This document shows positions 16,306-23,821 of a stretch of DNA of 32,000 bases, piece by piece; the first letter of the stretch is position 1; each line of letters opens with the position of its first letter. The notes under the pieces were generated by a model. That model worked only from the letters and a program-made list of their open reading frames with translations. It had not been told where the DNA came from and did no database searches. Position numbers and translations under genes: made by a program. The DNA is taken from assembly GCA_964373795.1 (NCBI GenBank), contig CAYJVY010000003.1, forward strand, positions 29,383 through 61,382, given 5' to 3'. The stretch is from an uncultured archaeon (lineage in GTDB: Archaea > Iainarchaeota > Iainarchaeia > Iainarchaeales > DATDZZ01).

Positions 16306-16829
16306 TGTTTTCCCGTTCGACAACTACTGAAATTAGAATTCAAATTCCTGACATTAATGGTTTCAGAAAAAAATTGCATGCATTGAAAGCAAAAAAACTT
16401 TTCACTTATTATTTTAATGATTTTATTTTTGTGCCTAAAACAAAAAAATTTGATTTAAATAAAGAGTCAATGAAGTTGCGAATAGTGAAACTTAATGGCA
16501 AGAAAAGCTTTAAATTAATTTATCAGTTAGTGAAATGGAGTAAAGGCATTAAAGTTTTACAAAACGGTTTTAAAATTGATTTGAAGAGCTTGTCTCAAGG
16601 ATTTGAATTGCTTTCTCATTGGCAGTTTAAAAAACTTTTTTCTTTCACTAGAAAAGGAGAAAAATATTCTCTTAAAGACTGGACTTTTGTTTTAGAAAAA
16701 ATTCAAGGACTTGGATGGTTAATTGAAATTGATGGTTCAATTAAAAAAATTAGGCTTACTCAAGAAGTGCTTGGATTGAAGAAAACAGTTAACAAATCAA
16801 TCCCTTGGCTTGTAGAGCATTCTAAATGA
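16305..16829 (+). CDS. CYTH-like (CyaB/thiamine triphosphatase fold) protein with a degenerate N-terminal ExExK motif
   Basis: Block-by-block resemblance to archaeal CYTH proteins: TEIRIQI (in place of ExExK), YYFNDFIFVP, MKLRIVKLNGKKSFKLIYQ, FSFTRKGEKYSLKDWTFVLEKIQGLGWLIEIDG, VLGLKK. The ATG at 16305 overlaps the kae1 stop (TAATG). The track start at 16293 is TTG. Confidence 0.6.
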   Translation: MFSRSTTTEIRIQIPDINGFRKKLHALKAKKLFTYYFNDFIFVPKTKKFDLNKESMKLRIVKLNGKKSFKLIYQLVKWSKGIKVLQNGFKIDLKSLSQGFELLSHWQFKKLFSFTRKGEKYSLKDWTFVLEKIQGLGWLIEIDGSIKKIRLTQEVLGLKKTVNKSIPWLVEHSK

Positions 16830-17951
16830 TTTTCTTGATTTTTTTCTTCCTTTTCCTTCTTTCACTTTTCTTAAAAGAGTTGAAAGAGAGTCTTGAACTG
16901 CTGAAATCATTTTCCAATTAACTGCTTTTGAATTCATTGAAATTCCTGGAGCAGTTAACTGGCTATTAACTGTATGTTTTTTTCTTAATCCAGTTATATT
17001 ATGGTCTTTGAATTGAATTTTTAAAGCAATTTTGTTTTGACAAATTTTTTCAATTTTGTCATAAGTTTCATTTATTACATTTGAAACAATTTTTTCATCT
17101 ATTTCATCTAGTTTTGGAAGGTTAACGAATTGAATTTCTTTTTTTTCTTGCATTGAATAAAGGTATACTTCTATTAAGTCTCTTGGAGTAACTATTCCCA
17201 TTGGTTTTGTTCCTTCAAGTAGTACTACATGGCTTCCTTTTGGTTCATTTAATTTATTAATTATTATTGAAATGCTTTCCATTGGAGAAGAAGTTTTAAC
17301 GTCTAAAATAATGTCTCCACTAATTGGAGCTGATGATAATTCAATTTTGTTCAATTCATCTCTATTGAATTTTGTTTCTTTTCTTGTAATTGGTAGACTT
17401 AGGTGTTTCTTTAAAATGTCTCTAAAAGAAAGAACTCCACTTAAATCTCCTTTTTCATTTACTACAATTAGTCTATTAATGTTGTTTTTTTTCATTAAAT
17501 GAATTGCTTCCCCTAGGCTAGCATTTTCATTTACTGTGATTAGTTTTTTAGTGCAAACGTCTTTTGCTTTTAGTCCTTTAAGTGAGGGATGGTTTTTAAT
17601 TGCATTAATTATATCTCTTGCTAGAACAACTCCTCTTACTTTATTGTCTTTGTCGACTACTGCTAGCATTCTGGAATTAGCTGTATACATTAATTCTGCA
17701 ATTCTTTCAAGTGAATCATCTTTATTTAATGTGGGGAATTGTTGAATTATTTTTCCAACTTTTAATTTAGTAAAATCAGTTGAAACTCTGTACAAGTTTC
17801 TTTTTGAAGTAATTCCTAAATAAGTTCTTTTTTCATCTAAAACTACTGCAGCTCTTTCGTGAGTAGCTTTTAATTGTCCAATGAAATGAGTTACTACGTC
17901 ATTCTTTGATAAAGCCAAAAAATTAGTTTTCATTAAATTCTCTGCATTCAA
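16797..17951 (-). CDS. Four-CBS-motif (two Bateman modules) protein with a C-terminal RaiA/HPF-like domain and a basic tail
   Basis: There are four repeats of the CBS pattern (e.g. AAVVLDEKRTYLGITSKRNL, MLAVVDKDNKVRGVVLARDII, RLIVVNEKGDLSGVLSFRDIL, HVVLLEGTKPMGIVTPRDLI). The C-terminal ~95 aa resemble ribosome hibernation factors (see findings). The 3' end overlaps the CYTH-like gene by 33 nt (convergent). Confidence 0.85.
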   Translation of the reverse strand: MNAENLMKTNFLALSKNDVVTHFIGQLKATHERAAVVLDEKRTYLGITSKRNLYRVSTDFTKLKVGKIIQQFPTLNKDDSLERIAELMYTANSRMLAVVDKDNKVRGVVLARDIINAIKNHPSLKGLKAKDVCTKKLITVNENASLGEAIHLMKKNNINRLIVVNEKGDLSGVLSFRDILKKHLSLPITRKETKFNRDELNKIELSSAPISGDIILDVKTSSPMESISIIINKLNEPKGSHVVLLEGTKPMGIVTPRDLIEVYLYSMQEKKEIQFVNLPKLDEIDEKIVSNVINETYDKIEKICQNKIALKIQFKDHNITGLRKKHTVNSQLTAPGISMNSKAVNWKMISAVQDSLSTLLRKVKEGKGRKKSRKSFRMLYKPRD

Positions 17952-18023
17952 TTAATCACCTTAAAATAATTATTTGTCAAATAAAGTTTAATCCAAACAA
18001 CTTTTAAACCCTCAAGCAAAAAT

Positions 18024-18722
18024 CTAGTTTAGAGCCTTGTTTTGTTTTTGAAAATTTACTATAAATTTATACAGATACCAAATTCCTATAAATAAAATAG
18101 CTATAATAATTATTTTTAAATACTCTGGAAGGCTTTCCTGAGTTAAATGAATTTTTTCATCTATTAATGTCCATAAAATAAATGCAGTAATTAAAATAAA
18201 AGTTAATTCTAATAAAATGAATGCCAATGTCCTGGATTTTTCAGTTGAAGTGAAAAGTTTTTGTTTTAATAATTGTTTTTTTGCATTTGTTTTTTCTTTT
18301 ATTTCTTGCAATTTTTTGCTTTGAAAAATTCTTGCAAAAAGTCTAACAATTAAATCAATTAAAGTAATTATTGAATAATAAAATCCAAGTAAAAATACTA
18401 GGATAAAATTTTTTGAATTTTCTTTTGCTTTAAAGAGTTTTTCTTTTGTTTTTTGTGTATAAATTTCTCTTAAATCTTTTGGAGTTACTCTCCCAAACAT
18501 TTCGGGTTTAAGTTTTTCTTTTGTTACAATGAAATGCATTAAAAGAAATAACGCAAATAACATTATTGCAACAAAGTAGTGAAATCCTTCTCCTTGAAGA
18601 GCTATTTCAAATGGCTGGAGTTTTATTAAAAGAATTCTGAAAAAAATAACTCCGATTGAAATAGCTAAAAATATTGCTTCTAAGCCAAGCAAAATTAAAG
18701 GGTATTCGTTTTTTTCTTGCAT
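18024..18722 (-). CDS. Hypothetical polytopic membrane protein (about 5 TM helices, two Lys-rich loops)
   Basis: Hydrophobic segments LILLGLEAIFLAISIGVIFF, YFVAIMLFALFLLMHFIV, FILVFLLGFYYSIITLIDLIV, LAFILLELTFILITAFILW, IIIIAILFIGIWYLY. It lies 30 nt downstream of, and co-directional with, the cysteine-repeat gene. Confidence 0.65.
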   Translation of the reverse strand: MQEKNEYPLILLGLEAIFLAISIGVIFFRILLIKLQPFEIALQGEGFHYFVAIMLFALFLLMHFIVTKEKLKPEMFGRVTPKDLREIYTQKTKEKLFKAKENSKNFILVFLLGFYYSIITLIDLIVRLFARIFQSKKLQEIKEKTNAKKQLLKQKLFTSTEKSRTLAFILLELTFILITAFILWTLIDEKIHLTQESLPEYLKIIIIAILFIGIWYLYKFIVNFQKQNKALN

Positions 18723-18752
18723 GTTAATATAATATTTTTGTAATATTTAAAA

Positions 18753-21347
18753 TTAAGGTTGAACAGCGCTTTGGCATCCTTCCTTTAATTTTTCATCTTT
18801 TATTTCACGACATAATGACACTAATTTTTGATTTACTGCAACATACTTGTTACAGTAATCTTTTGAAAATAATCCTTCACTTGTCTGAGTTTTAATTGCA
18901 TTGCAAATAGAAAATTTGTCTGTTTTAATTTTTTTATTAATTAAACTTAAGCCAATTTTTGCATGACATTCCCCTAGTCTTTGAGTTTGATATGGATTTA
19001 ATTTATCACACCACTTACTTTGATCTAAATTAAATGCAATTGTTTCAAAACAAGTATAATTTGCTTCAGAGTTTTTATTTAACTTTAAACAAGTTTTTTC
19101 TTTTTCTTCATCTGAAACCATTTTTTCAGCTGCTTTTGCATAGCATTCTCCTTTAGATGGCTCGTTTTCTATAATGTCGCAAACGCTTGGATCTTTCTTG
19201 TTTTCAGAGAAATAAAATGCACATTGTTTCTTGTGTTGAGAAGCAACAGATTGAATGCCTGCACAAATGTTTGGATCGTCTAATTTTTTTGCCATTTCAA
19301 ATCTGCAAACATTTTGTTTAAATTCATCCTTTATTTTATCACAAGTTTTCAAATCAGGGTTTTTTAGAACTGCTGTTGAATAACAATTATCTCTATTCGC
19401 ATCTAAAGAAATTTTTTCACAAAAATTTGGGGAATTAAATTTAATTGCTACATCATAAATACAATCATCTCGATTGTTGCCTTCAAAGCTTTCTAGCCTT
19501 GCAGCTAGCGGAAGATTTAAACAAGAGGAAGGATTTTTTTCCCCAAATGCAGAATTATAATAGCATTTTCTTTGCTGTTTTGCATCTGAAATATTTTTAC
19601 ATAATTCACTGCTAGGAGTTTTTAATGCAACTGAATTCACACAATTTGCATAATCGTTTTTGTCAGCAGCAATTTTAATGCAAATCTTGTTATCCTCTAA
19701 TTTTAATGCTAAATCAGTAAAGCATTGGCTTCTTCTATTTCCATAAGACGTTGTTTTAATTTCCTCACATACTTCTGGATTTTTTGTTTTCAAAGCAATT
19801 TTTTTCAAGCAATCATCTCTAGAATCTACATTTTCTTGAATTTTTGTGCAAGCAGTTGCATCTAATACAAGTTCTGCAGTTGAATTCAAACATTCATTTC
19901 TAGCCTTTTTATCAGCAATTTTTTCACAAAAACTGTAATCAAATTGTTTTTTTGCAATAAAAGTTAAGCATTCGGCATTTAATTCTTTTTCTTCAACTTT
20001 TTCACAAAACTCTGGGGAATTAGATGTTTTAGCTAAATTCAAAAAGCATTGACTTCTAGGAGTTGCATCAAGAATTTCTTCACAAGTAGTTGAATCACTT
20101 AAAAGTTTTGCAATACTGCTAATGCAATTGTTTTTTTCTGAATCATTGTTTTGAATTTTGTTACATACTTGTGAATCTTGTTTTTTTAATGCCACGTTTT
20201 TATAGCAAGAGTTTTTTGTTTCAGTTAACTTAATTGAATTGCATTCATCTTCTTCAATGTTTTTTAATGCAATTTCTTTAAAGCAGTTATCTGTATTTGT
20301 TGGATTAATTGAGTTACTGCAAACACTTGCTGAAAGCTCTTTTAATGCAATTGATTTAATGCATTCATCTTGTAAATCGATTGTTGAAAGCTCTTTACAT
20401 GATTGGATATCTAATTTAAATGTTGCAAGAGCTTTAATGCATGAATCCTTTGATTTAACTTCACTGATTTTTTCACAAAGCTTTTCATCTTTTAAGCTGG
20501 ATGCAAGTGAATTCAAGCAACTGTCTTTTATTTTTGCATCAACGATGTTGCCGCAAAGCGTTTCTTGTTTTAATGCTAATGCAATTGATTTAATGCATTC
20601 ATCGCTTTTAGATGGAGTGTCAATTTTTTTGCATACCTGAAACTCCTTTAAACTTTTTGCAAGAGATCCAAAGCATGAATCTCGTTGCTTTAAATCTAAA
20701 ACGTTTTTACATGAGTCAGGGTTTTTGGATTTTTTTGCAACATTAATGAAGCAAGAGTCTTTTGCTTCACGGTTTTCAATTCCTCCGCAAACCTTTTCAG
20801 CTCTGGGGTTTTTTTCCTTTGATTTTTCTGTTTTACATGATTCTAATTCGCTTTCAAATTTTTCTTTATCGGTTTTTGAATCAATTCCTTTTTCTTTTAA
20901 TTGTTTATCGCATTCAGATTGAATTGAATCAATTAATTTTGCTGCAATTTCTTTGTCGCAGGATTCTTTTCTTTCTTGATTTGTTATTCTGTCACAAATT
21001 GTTTCATCTAACGCTTTAAGTGAAATATCTTTATAGCAGTTGTGTTTGTCTTTTTCTCCAGAAATTCCATTACAAGAATCTGCATTTAAACTTAAATCAG
21101 CTGTTTTTTTGAAGCAAGAGTCTTTTATTTTTTGTTCACTTATTTCTTGGCATTGAGTGAAATCTTTTTCTTGAACAGCTAATTCGTTGAAGCAAGAGTC
21201 TTTTTTTATTTCACTTAGCTTCAGGCAATCCTCTTTTTTAAGTGTTTTAGGAGGCTTGACTCCATTTTTTTCTGGTATAATGCATCCTGCAATTACAAGT
21301 ATTAAAACCAAAAACAATGGCAGTAAAATTTTGAAATTAATTTTCAT
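18753..21347 (-). CDS. Large cysteine-rich repeat surface protein with signal peptide and lipobox (864 aa, about 28 repeats of about 26 aa)
   Basis: N-terminus MKINFKILLPLFLVLILVIAGC (lipobox-like IAGC). The body is a regular repeat C-x2-[IL]-x5-8-[KR]-[DN]-x-C-[FYIL]-x2-[IVL]-A-x8-10, e.g. CEKISEVKSKDSCIKALATFKLDIQS / CKELSTIDLQDECIKSIALKELSASV / CSNSINPTNTDNCFKEIALKNIEEDE. Confidence 0.85.
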   Translation of the reverse strand: MKINFKILLPLFLVLILVIAGCIIPEKNGVKPPKTLKKEDCLKLSEIKKDSCFNELAVQEKDFTQCQEISEQKIKDSCFKKTADLSLNADSCNGISGEKDKHNCYKDISLKALDETICDRITNQERKESCDKEIAAKLIDSIQSECDKQLKEKGIDSKTDKEKFESELESCKTEKSKEKNPRAEKVCGGIENREAKDSCFINVAKKSKNPDSCKNVLDLKQRDSCFGSLAKSLKEFQVCKKIDTPSKSDECIKSIALALKQETLCGNIVDAKIKDSCLNSLASSLKDEKLCEKISEVKSKDSCIKALATFKLDIQSCKELSTIDLQDECIKSIALKELSASVCSNSINPTNTDNCFKEIALKNIEEDECNSIKLTETKNSCYKNVALKKQDSQVCNKIQNNDSEKNNCISSIAKLLSDSTTCEEILDATPRSQCFLNLAKTSNSPEFCEKVEEKELNAECLTFIAKKQFDYSFCEKIADKKARNECLNSTAELVLDATACTKIQENVDSRDDCLKKIALKTKNPEVCEEIKTTSYGNRRSQCFTDLALKLEDNKICIKIAADKNDYANCVNSVALKTPSSELCKNISDAKQQRKCYYNSAFGEKNPSSCLNLPLAARLESFEGNNRDDCIYDVAIKFNSPNFCEKISLDANRDNCYSTAVLKNPDLKTCDKIKDEFKQNVCRFEMAKKLDDPNICAGIQSVASQHKKQCAFYFSENKKDPSVCDIIENEPSKGECYAKAAEKMVSDEEKEKTCLKLNKNSEANYTCFETIAFNLDQSKWCDKLNPYQTQRLGECHAKIGLSLINKKIKTDKFSICNAIKTQTSEGLFSKDYCNKYVAVNQKLVSLCREIKDEKLKEGCQSAVQP

Positions 21348-21419
21348 TAAACCACTTAAAGTGTTATTAGGTATTAAATTACATATTGTATTTAAATTTA
21401 TTCTGCGTTATTGTTTAGC

Positions 21420-22250
21420 ATGAATGAGGTTTTCTTTAATACTTTTTCTGAGAGAATAAAATCTATTGTTGAATCAAAAGCATTTAATTTTCTTGTAACC
21501 TTTGTTATTCTTGTTTCAGTGTTTTTAGTTGGATTAAGCGTTCAACCTTCAACTAGTGCAGCTATGCATGAAATAATTTTTTTTGTTGAAGTAATTATTC
21601 TTGTTTTTTTTAGTATTGAAATCTTAATGCGAATTATTGCTGAAGGAAGCAAGCCTTTAAATTTTTTTAAAGATTCTTGGAATGTAATGGATTTTGTTAT
21701 TGTTTTACTGGCTTTCCTGCCTATTCAAAACAAGATGATTCTTTTAGTTAGACTTGTAAGAGTATTGAGAATCTTAAGGCTTTTTAGGGCTTTCACTAAA
21801 CTTCGATTGATTATTAATGGAATGATTAATAGTTTTGCTTCAATTGTTTATGTTGGAATGTTGTTATTGATTTTGATTTATTTTTTTTCAGTTATAGGGG
21901 TATCAGCTTTTTCTGAAATTGATCCAATTAATTTTGGAAGCATGTGGAAAGCTTTTTTCACTCTTTTTCAAGTTCTAACACTTGAAGGCTGGAATACGAT
22001 AATGGTGCCAGTTAACAAGGCTTATCCAATTGCTGGTCCAATTTATTTTACTTCATTTATTATTATTGGCACAATGGTTGTAATGAATTTAATTTTAGGA
22101 GTTATAGTAACTAATATGAATAAAGCCATGAAAGAATTAGATGAAAGCGAGCAAAAAGAGAAATCAAATGAAGAACTAATTCTGCAAAGAGTTAAAGAAA
22201 TTGAAAAAGAACTCAAATTAATTAACAAGAAACTTTCAAAAAATAGCTAA
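21420..22250 (+). CDS. Voltage-gated cation channel of the single-domain BacNav/NaChBac type (6TM, C-terminal coiled coil)
   Basis: S4 has Arg at every third position (LVRLVRVLRILRLFRAF, nt ~21741-21803). The pore is FFTLFQVLTLEGWNTIM (TLEGW at 21978-21992). S6 is IYFTSFIIIGTMVVMNLILGVIV, and the tail is heptad-like (ELILQRVKEIEKELKLINKKL). I prefer the ATG at 21420 to the track's TTG at 21411. Confidence 0.85.
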   Translation: MNEVFFNTFSERIKSIVESKAFNFLVTFVILVSVFLVGLSVQPSTSAAMHEIIFFVEVIILVFFSIEILMRIIAEGSKPLNFFKDSWNVMDFVIVLLAFLPIQNKMILLVRLVRVLRILRLFRAFTKLRLIINGMINSFASIVYVGMLLLILIYFFSVIGVSAFSEIDPINFGSMWKAFFTLFQVLTLEGWNTIMVPVNKAYPIAGPIYFTSFIIIGTMVVMNLILGVIVTNMNKAMKELDESEQKEKSNEELILQRVKEIEKELKLINKKLSKNS

Positions 22251-22426
22251 GCACTTAAGTTTAAGCTATTAAATAATTTATTTCTGAATGTTTTTAAATA
22301 CTGTCAAAGTAAAATAATAGTGAGGCTTTAATAAATGAGAATACTAATATTAATGTTACTTGTTTTATTGATTTTTGTGGTTGCGTAATTGATCAAAAGA
22401 AAGACACAGGAAATGAGGATGATGAA

Positions 22427-23794
22427 ATGGTTGCAAAGAATGCAAAAATTGAAGAAGTTTTTTCAATAGTGAAAAAGGTTGCACAAGCAAAGTCTGCAAA
22501 AGAAGTAATGGATTTGCTTGATGGAAACTTTGAAAGTCTACCTCTTACTGCAAATGCCATGGATCCTCATATGTATGTCAAAAAAAACACTGCCTTATTT
22601 GAACGCGTATTGATAACTGAGTACAGGTTTTTTGACAAACCAGGTGTAGGATTCAAGTTATTGCCTGAAATAAAAATTGAGAAAGCAAAAGTTGTTTCTG
22701 TTTTCGGAAAAGATTTCAATAATGTAAAAGGCAAAGATGATTCTGATTTTGATTATAAATTGGTTTATGAAATTAGTGACAAATTTGTTAGTTTCGAATT
22801 CAGCAAGGAATTGCTGAAAGGCATAAGTGTTGAGGACAAGAAATTTGTTGAGGATGAAGAGCGACAAAAAAAAGCAGTCGAAGAATACCAAGCAAGGGAG
22901 CAAGCAAGGCCAAAGACTGAAGACAAGGTTTTAGCCTATGTTGTAATGCAATTATTTGATATAGTAAAAAAAGAGCTAGACGACGATGTCAAAATTAACG
23001 GGCCTAGAAAACTCCCCATGAACTATTTAGAAACTGGCGTAGCGGAAAAATTGTCAAAACTTGGAACTTCAAAAACCGAAAAACAAGGATATTCTCCTGA
23101 AGAAAGAAAAGACGCAATTGATTTTTATTACAAGTTAAGGGATGAGAACAGGTTATCAGAGCTTTCAGGAGACTTGCAAGTAATTTATCCTGGGAGCAAG
23201 ATTCTTGAACGAATTTCTCCAAGAGTTGAAAAACTGGATTCTTTAAAGGATTTTGTTTTAAGCAGAAAAACAGAAGAAATAAATTTAAGTTATTATTTGA
23301 AATCAGATCCTGCTGGATTCTTTGTTTTAGGCTTTGATGCAAACAACAAAATTGTTTCAGATTTAGTTAAAGCGCTTGATGATAAAAACGTTCAAATTTT
23401 TGGTGGAGCAGCTTTACTGCTTGGCAGAATTGAAGATAAAAACTCTTTTGAAAAACTTTTAAAGAAATTAGAAGAAGTAAAAAAATTAGCAAAACAAAAT
23501 TCTGGAACTTATTCAGAGCCAAGGGCTTGGGCAGGAGAATCAGAGCCAACATATAATCCTTCTGATTATGAGTTAGCTGAATCAATTATTGGCGACGCAA
23601 TAATTTCCGTTGTCAAAAAAAATGAATTGAAGAAAACTGGGAAAATAAGTTTTAATAGATTCATGTCATCTCATATTGACGTAGTTGGATCTGCTAGATT
23701 ATTTTATTGGACAAAAATGGAAGTAGAATTTGATTTGGCAACGCATTTGGAAAAATCAAATAGTGATTTGAATTCTGGATTCATTAAAGGCTAA
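22427..23794 (+). CDS. Hypothetical soluble protein (455 aa), family unknown, with one HEAT-like repeat
   Basis: Long ORF with GAGGA upstream and no TM segments. The segment LVKALDDKNVQIFGGAALLLGRIEDKNSFEKLLKKL resembles a HEAT/PBS-lyase-type repeat. I recognise no catalytic motif. Confidence 0.75.
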   Translation: MVAKNAKIEEVFSIVKKVAQAKSAKEVMDLLDGNFESLPLTANAMDPHMYVKKNTALFERVLITEYRFFDKPGVGFKLLPEIKIEKAKVVSVFGKDFNNVKGKDDSDFDYKLVYEISDKFVSFEFSKELLKGISVEDKKFVEDEERQKKAVEEYQAREQARPKTEDKVLAYVVMQLFDIVKKELDDDVKINGPRKLPMNYLETGVAEKLSKLGTSKTEKQGYSPEERKDAIDFYYKLRDENRLSELSGDLQVIYPGSKILERISPRVEKLDSLKDFVLSRKTEEINLSYYLKSDPAGFFVLGFDANNKIVSDLVKALDDKNVQIFGGAALLLGRIEDKNSFEKLLKKLEEVKKLAKQNSGTYSEPRAWAGESEPTYNPSDYELAESIIGDAIISVVKKNELKKTGKISFNRFMSSHIDVVGSARLFYWTKMEVEFDLATHLEKSNSDLNSGFIKG

Positions 23795-23821
23795 TAACAC
23801 CATTTTTTTGCAGGTTTTGAA

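Noticed and set aside
17272-17745. Plus-strand ORFs 17272..17502 and 17536..17745
   Set aside because: They are antisense to the CBS-domain gene, whose four CBS motifs give clear coding evidence on the minus strand.
20239-21423. Plus-strand ORFs 20239..20640, 20725..20922, 20762..21019 and 21187..21423
   Set aside because: They are antisense to the cysteine-repeat gene. The regular two-Cys repeat is present only in the minus-strand frame.
22043-23585. Minus-strand ORFs 22043..22228, 22658..22903, 23004..23342 and 23367..23585
   Set aside because: They are shadows inside the channel gene and the 455-aa ORF. They are short, have no start context, and have lower coding plausibility than the long + strand frames.
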